This document shows positions 19,812 to 29,867 of a stretch of DNA of 64,000 bases, piece after piece. Position 1 is the first letter of the stretch; every line of letters starts with the position of its first letter. The position numbers and the translations under genes were made by a program. Origin of the DNA: an uncultured delta proteobacterium (GTDB lineage: Bacteria > Desulfobacterota > Binatia > UBA9968); assembly GCA_963745835.1 (NCBI GenBank), contig CAVUZH010000005.1:153267-217266 (forward strand), given 5' to 3'. The notes under the pieces are model-generated. The model saw nothing but the letters and a program-made list of their open reading frames with translations, was not told where the DNA came from and made no database searches.

Positions 19812-20792
19812 TGGATCGTATGGGGTCAAGCGTGACATCTGCTATTCTCAACAGCGGTTTGTCGAAAGAGTGGGGTCTGGTACAACAGCTTTTTGATGTT
19901 GACGCGAAGGTGAACACGACGCACGCTTGAAGAATAGATAGCGGAAAAATTTGAACGGCTGATCTCGACTCCTTTTTCAAACTCACGCTTTTCCCGGACA
20001 AGATGGAAGCGGCGCCGAAGGTGAAAGGCAAAAAGGCGACCAGTAAGACGGGGAGCGACAAGGACCTGCGGACGAATCAGGAAGCCACTACACTTGACCG
20101 CGTGCATGCGGCGATGCTGTGCAAGCGAGCGGTCGGACGAATGGGTTGAGAGCTTGAGAAGGCCGAGCAGGAGCGCGGGCCGGATCTCCTTACGATTTGG
20201 CGAATGCGCTCTCGGCATTGTATCTAAGTAGAGTGAAGAGAAGCGAAGATGCTGGACTGCAAGATGTATGCTGGCTGCTGCGGCGAGGTGATATGTCAAT
20301 GTGAAACGGTCGCTGGGATGCCGTTAGGATACCATTGTCGATGGCCGACAATGCGTAGCCAAACAGAAACACCCCGAAGACAGGTTCGAGGAACTCAAAG
20401 CGATAGCCAATCTCTCAGCTTCCCGAAGGGCCAGGGACAGACGCATGGGCGAAAGGGACTGGAGCGTTTGGCCATGAACGTGCGTGGCGACCGACTTTCA
20501 AGCTGGACAGAGAAAGCGGTCAAGTGGATCGCCCAGGACGCTGACGTCTGAAAATCTATAATCATTGCCGCTGGATACGGGCATTGGCCTGAATAATATC
20601 GGGCCGGCTTGCTCAATCTTTTTCTAGACGGAGAAGGTATTTTCACTCTTTACGCCTTTTCTCGGCGATGTTCTCAGTGAAAGTCGATGAAACATGTGCT
20701 CGGCCGTTGCGCCTCTGAGCGAGTTTTCGGGATCACAATCTTCGCTGAGATGTGGTTAACGAAGTAGCGCGCACAGATTGATAAGCCGTAAA

Positions 20793-21155
20793 GGGACGTA
20801 TGTTGACTAGCTGAGGATGATGACTCTCGACGATGCCCGTCGGACTGGAAAATTTCCCCGGGATTGCGGGAGGTAGTCGGCGGTTTGCTAAATCCTCATC
20901 TTGAGTTTTTTTTCCAAGGTAAATATCGAAGACCGAATGCAATCGTTGCTCGTTTGTATACCTTCTCAATGAAGGAAGGAAGATGCGTCTCACCGTGAGA
21001 TGAACGGGTAATCGATTCAGCCCGCGCACACGTAAGCACGAACACGACAGCTGGCCGGTCAGACGTTTGGAACCATTGGAACTTTTGGAACCATTGGAAC
21101 GAATGAATTCTCAGACCGGCGACTTCAAGGTCGCAAGCTTTTCGGTCAGCTTCAT
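20793..21155 (-). repeat. ~355-bp direct repeat, copy 2
   Basis: Near-identical to 18319-18673. Confidence 0.88.
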
Positions 21156-21282
21156 GTTCTCCGAGTAGTCCACCGGACAATCGATAATCGCGACCGTGTC
21201 GTCGGCCAGCGCCTGCTTGAGCGTCGGCACTAAATCGGCGGCGCGCTCGATCCGGTATCCCTTGGCGCCAAAGCTTTCGGCG
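21111..21282 (-). pseudogene. C-terminal fragment of acetolactate synthase large subunit (TPP enzyme)
   Basis: AESFGAKGYRIERAADLVPTLKQALADDTVAIIDCPVDYSENMKL. Confidence 0.75.
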
Positions 21283-21296
21283 GGACGTCCCTTCGG

Positions 21297-21825
21297 TTAA
21301 CCGCGATAATAAATCTGGTTGCCTTCCAATTGCGCAAACGGCGGCAGCTTGTGCTCGTGACAACCGTTATCCATGATGTGACGGACTCTCCCATTCTCTC
21401 GCAAGAAAAGCATCCGCTAGCAACTGGCGGTGGCAGCGCCAGGGCACGGCTTCGGCGCACAGGAACGTGATCCGCCGAGTGTCTGCGAGCTCTCCCACTT
21501 CGGTCATGATCGTTTGGAATTCGGGAGTCAACATGAAATCGGCATAGGCGCGAAACGCGCCGACTCTCCAGGCGGTATTCGGAGAATCAGGCGCCGGTTT
21601 ACGAAATCCGCCAAGATCGCCGCGCCAGAGATAATCGATTCTTGCCGTCTTCAACTCGGTAGTGAGCGATTCCCGATTGAAATGAGGCAGGCGCCGCGAT
21701 GCCGGCCAGCGCCGCACGTCGACAACCGTCTCGATATCGTGCGCTTTCAAAAGCTCAATGAGTACGCCGATGGTTCGAGTCGAATGGCCAATCGTATGAA
21801 TCGTGTGTGGAGATTCGCAGCTCAC
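21297..21825 (-). CDS. DUF488 family protein (frameshift near 21390)
   Basis: IHTIGHSTR, VDVRRWPASRR, LCAEAVPWRCHR. Confidence 0.85.
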
Positions 21826-21902
21826 TGACTTTTCTCGCGATCTATTTCTAAATTAACCGACTCTTGGCTGTTCACCAACAAAAGGGATGCTATTCTTTTG
21901 CG

Positions 21903-23114
21903 ATGTGGCATTCGGTTCCGCTCACGCTTTTCTGGTTTACCTACATGGCATCTCTTGGGATTTATTTCCCTTACTTCAGTCTCTATCTGCGGGAGAACGC
22001 GGGTCTCTCCGGTACGCAGTTAGGGCTGGTGCTCGCGGTTCCTCCGCTCATTGGCATGGTGGCGCAACCTTTCTGGGGACAGGTGGCCGATCGCACCGGA
22101 GCACGGAGCCGGGTGCTGGCCTTTCTCAGTCTTGGGACGGCTGCCGGTTACCTGGCGCTGGGCTACGCTCAGGATTTCGACACCATACTTCTGGCGACAG
22201 TAGCGCTATCGATCCCTGGAACGGCGCTGTTCCCGATGATGATGTCGGTGACACTGGCGGTTCTGCGCGATGCCGGCCACCATGCATTCGGCCGAGTGCG
22301 GGTGTGGGGCACAGCCGGGTTTTTTATTCTGGTGGTTGGTTTCCCATGGATTCTTTCCCGCTATCGGATGCGTTATGGGTTAGAGGCTGCGACTCCCGCT
22401 GTCTCCCAGCCGGGGCTGGAAGTTATGTTCCCGGTGACGGCTGCCCTGGTATTCGCCGCCGCGCTAATCGCATTCTTCCTGCCGCAACATGGGGTAGTCG
22501 GGGTGCGCGCCGCGCGCGGCGACTGGCGCGAGCTTTTGCGCAATAACGGTTTTCTAAGATTTTTATTTTTCGCGCTCGTGGCTCACTTTCTTTTGCACGG
22601 CCCTATGTGGTTCTTTCCGCTTTTTGTGCGCTCGCGCGGTGGCGACCTCGATATGATCCGCGGCATGTGGATTTTGATGCTGCTCGTTGAAATCCCGCTG
22701 GTCTTTTCCACCGGCAGCGGGCTCAAGAGTTTGGGCGCGCGCGGCTTACTCACCGTCGGGGTTTTGGTCGGGGGATTGCGCTGGCTTCTTTCCGCATTGA
22801 TCACGGATCATCATCTGCTGTTTGCGGTTCAGGCGCTGCATGGGGTGACTGTGGTCGGGCTCAATCTCGGCAGTCCGTTATATTTGGATACGGTAGCGCC
22901 GGAAAAGCTGCGCTCCACGGCCCAGGGAATTCTGTCGATGGTTGCGCTTGGGATCGCCGGCATTTCCTCGAATACGGCGGCGGGTTGGCTCGTCGATCAA
23001 GGCGGCACGGACAGTCTGTATCTAATTTGCGGAATTGGCTCGCTCACCCTGGCGCTTCTGGCAGGATGGATTTTACCCGCGCCCAATTATCGCGCCGATG
23101 GCGGCTTGGCGTGA
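21903..23114 (+). CDS. MFS transporter (MFS_1_like)
   Basis: Multiple TM helices, QPFWGQVADRTG, FGRVRVWGT. Confidence 0.88.
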   Translation: MWHSVPLTLFWFTYMASLGIYFPYFSLYLRENAGLSGTQLGLVLAVPPLIGMVAQPFWGQVADRTGARSRVLAFLSLGTAAGYLALGYAQDFDTILLATVALSIPGTALFPMMMSVTLAVLRDAGHHAFGRVRVWGTAGFFILVVGFPWILSRYRMRYGLEAATPAVSQPGLEVMFPVTAALVFAAALIAFFLPQHGVVGVRAARGDWRELLRNNGFLRFLFFALVAHFLLHGPMWFFPLFVRSRGGDLDMIRGMWILMLLVEIPLVFSTGSGLKSLGARGLLTVGVLVGGLRWLLSALITDHHLLFAVQALHGVTVVGLNLGSPLYLDTVAPEKLRSTAQGILSMVALGIAGISSNTAAGWLVDQGGTDSLYLICGIGSLTLALLAGWILPAPNYRADGGLA

Positions 23115-23176
23115 AACAATCAACGATTCTTCATTTAGGTTCGACCAAGAAGGTTGTAATATCTTAAGCTAGTGAA

Positions 23177-23854
23177 ATGTTCGAGTATCGGAGTTTTATG
23201 TCGAAAGTCACCTGTCGGTCATGGATAATCCTTTTATTGGCCGGGTTCGTCTGCCTCTGTGCCGGTCGAGTTGGAGCGGCGCAAAGCTCTTCTTTGAAAG
23301 ACATCTTAGCTTCTTTGGAAAAAGGGCCGGTATTGGGATTACCGAGCGCGCCGATAACCATCGTTGAATTTTCCGATTTTCGTTGCAGCTTCTGTAAGAA
23401 GTTTTGGGCCGACACCCTGCCAAAGCTCAAGAAATCCTATTTCGAAAAAGGAACGGTGCAGTTTGTCTTTCGCCATTTTGCGATTTTAGGCAAACAGTCC
23501 GAACAGGCGGCGCTGGCCTCGGAATGCGCCGCCGAGCAGGGAAAATTCTGGCAATATCATGATAAGCTCTTTGCCAATCAAGCGACGTTAGGATTCGGCG
23601 AATCCAAGCTCAAGGGATATGCCGGCGAATTGAGCCTGCAGCAGGCGAAGTTCGACGGTTGCCTGGCGACGGGGAAATATAACTCCAAAGTAGAAAAGGA
23701 AACCGTGACCGCGGCTTATCTTGGCGGGCGCGGCACGCCCATGTTTCTGGTCAACGATTGGCTCTTGGTGGGGGCGCAACCGTTTGAGACGTTTCAAAAG
23801 GTCATCGGTCAAGCGCTCGAGTTGAGCAAGGACAAACCTAAGCCGGAACGCTGA
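23177..23854 (+). CDS. DsbA family thioredoxin-fold oxidoreductase
   Basis: APITIVEFSDFRCSFC, GTPMFLVN. Confidence 0.88.
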   Translation: MFEYRSFMSKVTCRSWIILLLAGFVCLCAGRVGAAQSSSLKDILASLEKGPVLGLPSAPITIVEFSDFRCSFCKKFWADTLPKLKKSYFEKGTVQFVFRHFAILGKQSEQAALASECAAEQGKFWQYHDKLFANQATLGFGESKLKGYAGELSLQQAKFDGCLATGKYNSKVEKETVTAAYLGGRGTPMFLVNDWLLVGAQPFETFQKVIGQALELSKDKPKPER

Positions 23855-23930
23855 GTTCTCGGGATTGTTTAACTTTCGTTTAAAGTGCCTGGCGATGGAT
23901 TATTACTTTCGTTCGCCGGCTAAAGAGCTC

Positions 23931-24776
23931 ATGCCCAGTCAGACCGACGCTGCAAATCGAGATCATACGGGCCAGCTTTTTTCACCTGATAGCATAATTT
24001 GGCAGGTCGATCGGGAGATGGCTTTGTTGTTAGCCGGTGGCCGCGCATTGCTGTTGCAGCTCGCGCATCCCAAAGTTGCCGCCGGTGTGGCGCAGTATAG
24101 CCGCTTTCAACAAAATCCTTTAGCCCGTCTGCAGCGCACCATGAGCGCAATGTGGTCGATCGGCTTTGACGAATCCGCAAAGGCCTTTGCCACGCTTGAG
24201 CGGGTCGGCAATATCCATAAGCGCGTTCACGGCACGGTCGAGGACGGTGAGGCAGTGCCGCACGGCACTTCCTACGATGCCCGTGATCCGCAGCTATTGA
24301 TGTGGGTTCATGCGACCTTGATCGATTCCGCGATCATGGCCTACGATCTTTTCGTCAAACCTCTATCGATCCAGGAAAAGGCCCGCTATTACGAAGAGTC
24401 GAAAAAACTCGCCGAGCTTTTCGACATCCCTAACGAAATCGTACCTGGGTCATTGGGCGAATTCAGCGCCTACTTCGATAAGATGATACAGGGCAACACG
24501 ATTGCGGTGGGGTCGACCGCCCGATCTCTAGCGCATGACATTGTCTATCCAACACCGTGGATTTTGCGTCCGGCGTCACCGCTGTTTCGGGTGGTGACGG
24601 CGGGATTACTGCCCGAGCGAATGCGCAGCGCGTACGGTCTGAAGTGGAATGGACCTAGAGAAAAAGTTTTCTGGCTGTTTGCCAGGCTGTTCCGTCTGTT
24701 ACTGCCGTTTATCCCGCGGCCCGTGCGAATTGTTCCCAATGCGCGCGCCGCGGAGAAGCGTCTGGGCTTGTCCTAA
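23931..24776 (+). CDS. Oxygenase MpaB (DUF2236) family protein
   Basis: GGRALLLQLAHPKVAAGV, WVHATL. Confidence 0.85.
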   Translation: MPSQTDAANRDHTGQLFSPDSIIWQVDREMALLLAGGRALLLQLAHPKVAAGVAQYSRFQQNPLARLQRTMSAMWSIGFDESAKAFATLERVGNIHKRVHGTVEDGEAVPHGTSYDARDPQLLMWVHATLIDSAIMAYDLFVKPLSIQEKARYYEESKKLAELFDIPNEIVPGSLGEFSAYFDKMIQGNTIAVGSTARSLAHDIVYPTPWILRPASPLFRVVTAGLLPERMRSAYGLKWNGPREKVFWLFARLFRLLLPFIPRPVRIVPNARAAEKRLGLS

Positions 24777-25012
24777 ACCCGGATTCCGCACTCCAAAGTG
24801 ACACAGTGATCAAGCGGTGAGCCCTCCGGAGCGAATGCAATGGGCCAGCGGCTTGTAGCGGTCTGCATTCTCCCGTACTGCGGCGCACTCACGGAAAAAT
24901 TGCCAGCTCTGGACCGAGCACCCTAGACGACATTGAAATAGTTCGCTTCTATGCCTTCGCTCCTGCAGGCTCACCTCTTGATTGGTACAGAGGTGTCAAT
25001 CTCTGCTGCGGG

Positions 25013-25969
25013 CTAAACCGGCAAGCCGGTTTTCTCCGGCACGCCGAGCATTAGATTTAAATTCTGAATTGCCACTCCAGCCGCGCCTTTGCCAAGATTG
25101 TCGAGGCGGGCAACGAGCACCACATGCCCGGAAGGGTGTGTCAGCACGTGCAGAGAGATTCGATTCGTGTCGTTATGGGCTTGCGGATCGAAAGTAAATT
25201 CATCGGTATCGTTGGCATCGCTCAATGGCTCAACCTGGACGAAGGCTTCACCGGTATAGCGCGCCGTGAGAGTTTCCCACATTGCCTGGCCGCCGCCGGA
25301 TTTCGGCAAGGCTTTGGCGGGGATCATCACCTGCACTCGCATGCCGCAGCGAAAAGGCCCGACCGCGGGGATGAACTGCGGCTCGTTGGTGAGTCCGCTC
25401 CAACGCATGATCTCGGGTATGTGCTTGTGGAGTTTGCCGACGCTGTAAGGCGCTTCGTACGGCAGGTTTCTCAACGGTCCGGTCGGGTTCTCCCACCGCT
25501 CGATCATCGAGCGACCGCCGCCCGAATAGCCGGAAAGAGCGTGGACCGAGAACGCCGCATCGGCAGCTATCAGACCGGCATCGACCAGCGGGCGCACCAG
25601 TAAGATCACCGCCGAGGAGTAACAGCCCGGGTTGGCGACGCGACGGGCCTGCGCAATGCGTTGGCGCTGGCCACTCGTCAATTCAGGCAAGCCGTACACC
25701 CAACCATCCGCTACGCGATGCGCCGTGCTGGCGTCGAGAATCCTTACGCGGGAGTCCGCCAGCCAAGCTGCAGCTTCTTTTGCGGCATCGTCGGGAAGGC
25801 AAAGCAGAACGATTTCCGCATTTCGCAGTGTCTTCTGGCGCATGGCCGGATCTTTGCGCAGTTCCTCGGGTAGGAGCATCACTTCAAGATCATCGCGGCC
25901 GGCAAGCCAATCGCGAATCCGTAGCGCTGTCGTTCCGGCTTGACCGTCAATAAATATTCGGGGCGGCAT
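25013..25969 (-). CDS. argC: N-acetyl-gamma-glutamyl-phosphate reductase (type 2)
   Basis: FIDGQAGTT, DASTAHR, VANPGCY, DNLGKGAAG. Confidence 0.93.
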   Translation of the reverse strand: MPPRIFIDGQAGTTALRIRDWLAGRDDLEVMLLPEELRKDPAMRQKTLRNAEIVLLCLPDDAAKEAAAWLADSRVRILDASTAHRVADGWVYGLPELTSGQRQRIAQARRVANPGCYSSAVILLVRPLVDAGLIAADAAFSVHALSGYSGGGRSMIERWENPTGPLRNLPYEAPYSVGKLHKHIPEIMRWSGLTNEPQFIPAVGPFRCGMRVQVMIPAKALPKSGGGQAMWETLTARYTGEAFVQVEPLSDANDTDEFTFDPQAHNDTNRISLHVLTHPSGHVVLVARLDNLGKGAAGVAIQNLNLMLGVPEKTGLPV

Positions 25970-26101
25970 TGCAAATTCCTTCGTCGAACGGAAGAAGTTT
26001 ACGACGAATTCTTAGGCTTAGCAAAACCGGCAGATCCTTATCAGCAGCAAGGGCTTTGCCGAAGTTTATTCAGCGGTGTGACGAAAAGGCTTAACGGCTG
26101 G

Positions 26102-26647
26102 CTAGATCCCGGGCTCCTTCGGCGGCAGCGGCGGCTTGACGCTGTTTGTAGAAATCTCGTCAACATCCCACAGATTGGAGAACTTCATGGATCGCGGGCA
26201 ATGGCTGTAGGCTTCATCGACATCAAGCAATAAACCTTGCAGGATTTCGGCCTTCTGATCGGGATTTTGCACTTCCAGTTTTACGTCGGCCAACTCGGAG
26301 CGTTCGATGACTTTGACTCTGCCGTTTACTCGTACGGTCTGGTTCAGACCAGGGATGAAAAAAACCAGCCCGGCTTTCGGGTTACTGTCGATATTTACAT
26401 AGCCATGGAATAGCTTGTTTCCCGCCACGTCGGGAATGAATAGCTGCTTGTCATTGAGCACTTTGACAAAACCCGGCATGCCGCCTTTGGGCGAGGCGTC
26501 GCAATCGCCGTCGGCGTTGCTGGTTGCCAGAACACAGAATGGCGACTTACTGATGAACTCCTGAATCCATGGAGCCATTTGAGACCTCACTTTGCCGGCG
26601 GTGCGCTCAATTGGATAGCCAAACTTTTCTTGGTAGCTGTTTTTCAT
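26102..26647 (-). CDS. Pyridoxamine 5'-phosphate oxidase-like FMN-binding protein
   Basis: SPFCVLAT, CDASPKGG.PGFV, PDVAGN, EAYSHCP. Confidence 0.82.
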   Translation of the reverse strand: MKNSYQEKFGYPIERTAGKVRSQMAPWIQEFISKSPFCVLATSNADGDCDASPKGGMPGFVKVLNDKQLFIPDVAGNKLFHGYVNIDSNPKAGLVFFIPGLNQTVRVNGRVKVIERSELADVKLEVQNPDQKAEILQGLLLDVDEAYSHCPRSMKFSNLWDVDEISTNSVKPPLPPKEPGI

Positions 26648-26669
26648 ATAGATACTTCCGATTAACTTT

Positions 26670-27809
26670 CTAATGGTTTTTCGCTGTGTCTGCAGCTTCG
26701 TTGGGCAAGCCTGTTTTTAGATCGGCATGCAAAAGCCTGTGAAAGAGATGTTCGCCCGCTTCGCGCCGCACCGACAACCGGCCGGTCGAATATATGCGGG
26801 ATGAAAGGCCGCGCTGCACGGATTCGCAGATCGCCACGTCTTCGTCTTGAATTCGCTCGCTCAGCGCAATGCTGGCAAGATTCTTCTCTCGGGCTTTGGC
26901 TGACACGTCGGTGAAATAATAGTCGAAGATGACTTCGGTTCTATCGGTGCCGTGCGGCACGACTAGGTTCGTGTCCATCACGCCTTCATACCAATTGATC
27001 ATGAAGTTGGGATAGATCCAGTAGTAGAGAGCTTGTCCCTTGCGAGCTTGTGATGTCTGAGCATCGGCTTTCCCACTGACGATTGGACTCGATTGGAGAC
27101 AGAAGCGATCGCCGCTTTCGATCGTGTACGCGCTGTAATCGAGAACGCTGTCCAAGGCGCCGTGAATGTGCGGCACGTGATAGCCGCCATCGAGATAGTT
27201 ATCGATAAAGACTTTCCAATTGCATCTGACGGTATAAGAGCGGCGCTCGAACCAAGAAAGTTGCTCAAGCTTCAATCTTTGAATTTGTCGAGTAAGATCT
27301 TCGCCGAGGAACTCTTCAAGTGCCGGACTGTTCGAGACGAGTTTTACGAAGACCCAGCCTTGCCAGATTGCCGTTTGGACGGGCGCCAGTCCGTTGTCTG
27401 ATTTATCGAAATTGCATACGCCGCCGAACTCCGGTGTCACGACCAGCGCCCCCTCCAGGTTATAGGTCCACCCATGATAAGGACAGCGAAGATGCTCGGC
27501 GCGTCCTTGAGGCTCAGGCATCACTGCGGCGGCATGGTGGCGGCAGACATTGTAGAATCCTCGTACAACACCGTCATGGCCTGTCACGAGCAACATCGGT
27601 TCGCCGGCAACGTCGCACGTAATGTATCGGCCCGGTTCGCGAAATTGCTCGGCGCGGCCGACCATTTGCCAGGACAGGGAGAAGACGGTCCGCTGCTCCA
27701 ATTCGAGAACGCGTGGATCTGAGTACCAGAAACGAGGTGGCGTAGAAGCTTCGCTCAGCAGTAAATTGGGATCGTAGCTCTCGATGAGCTGCTTTAAAGA
27801 AGTTGCCAC
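26670..27809 (-). CDS. Rieske oxygenase alpha subunit (choline-monooxygenase-like)
   Basis: CRHH..CPYHGW Rieske motif; DNYLDGGYHVPHIH. Confidence 0.88.
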   Translation of the reverse strand: MATSLKQLIESYDPNLLLSEASTPPRFWYSDPRVLELEQRTVFSLSWQMVGRAEQFREPGRYITCDVAGEPMLLVTGHDGVVRGFYNVCRHHAAAVMPEPQGRAEHLRCPYHGWTYNLEGALVVTPEFGGVCNFDKSDNGLAPVQTAIWQGWVFVKLVSNSPALEEFLGEDLTRQIQRLKLEQLSWFERRSYTVRCNWKVFIDNYLDGGYHVPHIHGALDSVLDYSAYTIESGDRFCLQSSPIVSGKADAQTSQARKGQALYYWIYPNFMINWYEGVMDTNLVVPHGTDRTEVIFDYYFTDVSAKAREKNLASIALSERIQDEDVAICESVQRGLSSRIYSTGRLSVRREAGEHLFHRLLHADLKTGLPNEAADTAKNH

Positions 27810-27967
27810 ATTGAGCAGAGATTGTGCCTCATAGGGCGACTCATCGTTGGAAATACCTTAGATCCCGGTATGCTTCCGGTCTGCAATTTCGCGTTCGACT
27901 CAGCGAACTCACTTTAGAGCAGCGCTGCGACCGAAATCCCTTTGAATGTGTCCCGGCTTGGCTGAAC

Positions 27968-28780
27968 TCAGTCTGTCAAATCCAGCAATACTCCATCGGG
28001 ATCAGAGATGGCGTGCTTACACAGCTTGCAGCCTTCCAAGTTTTTCTCGCGCACTTCGCCGTCCCGGCCGATGGCGATTTTTCTTGCGCCCGCTTTGGGC
28101 TCGTCAGCGGCGAGCGCTTCAAGATCTTTTTTAGTTTTGTCCAGGTCGTCAACCTTAAAACCAAAATGATCCAGGCCGGCCATCAAACCTCGATAAGCCA
28201 CCATGTCCCATGGGCGAATTGCCAAACTCACTTTGCCGTCGCTCAAATAGTAGCTGTTATCGCTGGACATGCCTTCCACTGGCCTCAAGTCGAAAACCTT
28301 TTGGTAGTACTCGGCAATATAAGCGGGCCGGCCGCTGCGGATGCACACATGATTGATCCAGCGCGGTTGTTCCCAGCCGAATTCGACATAACCTTCGCGA
28401 ACGTTGTCCATGCCTTTCTGCGAGAGATCGAATTGATTGCCGTCGGGGTCATGACTTCGCAAGCCGGCGAAGGGGACATGGCTCTGGCTTTGCGCTATGT
28501 AGACATCGGGGTAGTGCTGCTTTAGACGGTCACGCACTAACGGCACATCGTCTACCGCGAAGCCGAAGTGATCGAGGCCGGATCGGAATCCAGGTTGGCG
28601 CTGCAACAAAGCCAAGCCGATGACGCCATCGCTTAGATGCCCCCGGTCCTTATTGTAAGTGCCGGTTTCATCGGTCATGCCGTTGGTAATCTTCTTCATG
28701 CCGAAAATCGTCTGGTAGAATTTCGCCATCCGATCCCAATTCTCAGTCATCACAGCAATGTGTCTGATGCTTGCAAACAT
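27968..28780 (-). CDS. Two-domain VOC/glyoxalase family protein
   Basis: IRHIAV, GLDHFGF twice, DPDG twice. Confidence 0.82.
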   Translation of the reverse strand: MFASIRHIAVMTENWDRMAKFYQTIFGMKKITNGMTDETGTYNKDRGHLSDGVIGLALLQRQPGFRSGLDHFGFAVDDVPLVRDRLKQHYPDVYIAQSQSHVPFAGLRSHDPDGNQFDLSQKGMDNVREGYVEFGWEQPRWINHVCIRSGRPAYIAEYYQKVFDLRPVEGMSSDNSYYLSDGKVSLAIRPWDMVAYRGLMAGLDHFGFKVDDLDKTKKDLEALAADEPKAGARKIAIGRDGEVREKNLEGCKLCKHAISDPDGVLLDLTD

Positions 28781-28990
28781 GATCACGGCCCTCCTAATTG
28801 AGCGATTCTTCTCAAACCTGGGAGCGCCTGTCAACCATTCGCATCCTTTGAAACCGCGGAGGCACAAAGTACATATAGATATTCCGAAACTCTCCGACTC
28901 AGCGTTCTCTGGATCCGTGCGGTGAATCAATCAGTGTTGACTTCTCGGAACCGGCAAGGATAGAAACATCACTGTGATTGAGGAAGCGTA

Positions 28991-29857
28991 ATGACGATCC
29001 GCTCATTTGAATTATTGCAACCGCGCTCGGTTGATGAAGCCGTCAAACTGCTGGCCAAGCACGGCGATGAGGCCCGGCCCATAGGTGGCGGCACAACTTT
29101 AATCATCTTGATGAAGCAACGGGCGCTGCACTATCCGTATCTCGTCGATCTACAGTCAGTCCCGGGACTAGATCAAATATTCAGAGAAAGCAATGGCGTG
29201 CGCATCGGCGCCTTGGCGACGCATCGCAGTGTGGAGCTCTCACCGCTGATTCGCCAGGAGTTCCCTGCGGTTGCGGAGGCGTTCAGCAAAATCGGCAATG
29301 TCCGGGTCAGGCAAACCGCATCAGTGGGCGGCAATCTCGCTCATGCCGATTACCGTCTCGATCCACCGCCGCCGCTGCTGGTTCTCGGCACGGTGGTCAA
29401 CGCCGTGGGACCTAACGGCTCGAGAAGCATACCTATCAAAGATTTCTTTCGTGGCCTCTACGAAACCGCATTGGAACCCGGCGAGCTTATCGTCGATGTA
29501 AACATTCCTTTCATGCCGCCGGATAGCAAAGCGGTTTATCTCAGATACAGCTCGCTGTCCGGCAACGATTGGCCTTGTTTGGGAGTTGCGGCGCTGGCAA
29601 TCCGACAAGACGGCCGTTTTCAGGAGCTCAGATTGGCGTTAGGCGGCGTTGCTGCGACACCGCTGCTCATCGAAGGATTGGATCTAGTAAAAGGTCAGTC
29701 AGTCGATGACAGCGTCATGGACAAGTTGCTCGACGTTGTCGACGAGCAAATATCGCCTTCGTCAGACCTGCGCGGTTCCGAGTGGTACAAGCGCAAGATG
29801 GTTCGTGTGTTTGTCAAAAAGGCGATCCTGCAATTAAGCGATCGCGTCTCTGTTTGA
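28991..29857 (+). CDS. Xanthine dehydrogenase family FAD-binding (medium) subunit
   Basis: IGGGTTL, RIGALATH, ASVGGNLAHAD. Confidence 0.9.
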   Translation: MTIRSFELLQPRSVDEAVKLLAKHGDEARPIGGGTTLIILMKQRALHYPYLVDLQSVPGLDQIFRESNGVRIGALATHRSVELSPLIRQEFPAVAEAFSKIGNVRVRQTASVGGNLAHADYRLDPPPPLLVLGTVVNAVGPNGSRSIPIKDFFRGLYETALEPGELIVDVNIPFMPPDSKAVYLRYSSLSGNDWPCLGVAALAIRQDGRFQELRLALGGVAATPLLIEGLDLVKGQSVDDSVMDKLLDVVDEQISPSSDLRGSEWYKRKMVRVFVKKAILQLSDRVSV

Positions 29858-29867
29858 AGGTGACTCA

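Noticed and set aside
19807-20646. ORFs between the second and third end-motif repeats
   Set aside because: Overlapping low-quality frames with no recognisable family; treated as gene scraps
14030-21101. 9-mer repeats and ~95-bp repeats as a CRISPR array
   Set aside because: No constant 25-45-bp repeat with uniform spacers and no cas genes
18319-21155. Classical integron cassette array
   Set aside because: No tyrosine integrase and no convincing RYYYAAC...GTTRRRY attC structure seen
1976-21825. Frameshifts in pcaB, acyl-CoA ligase, acetyltransferase, RAYT, IS110 and DUF488 as programmed frameshifting or mass pseudogenisation
   Set aside because: Isolated single-base indels, several at short homopolymers, in otherwise intact genes; best explained as long-read error, though real decay cannot be excluded without reads
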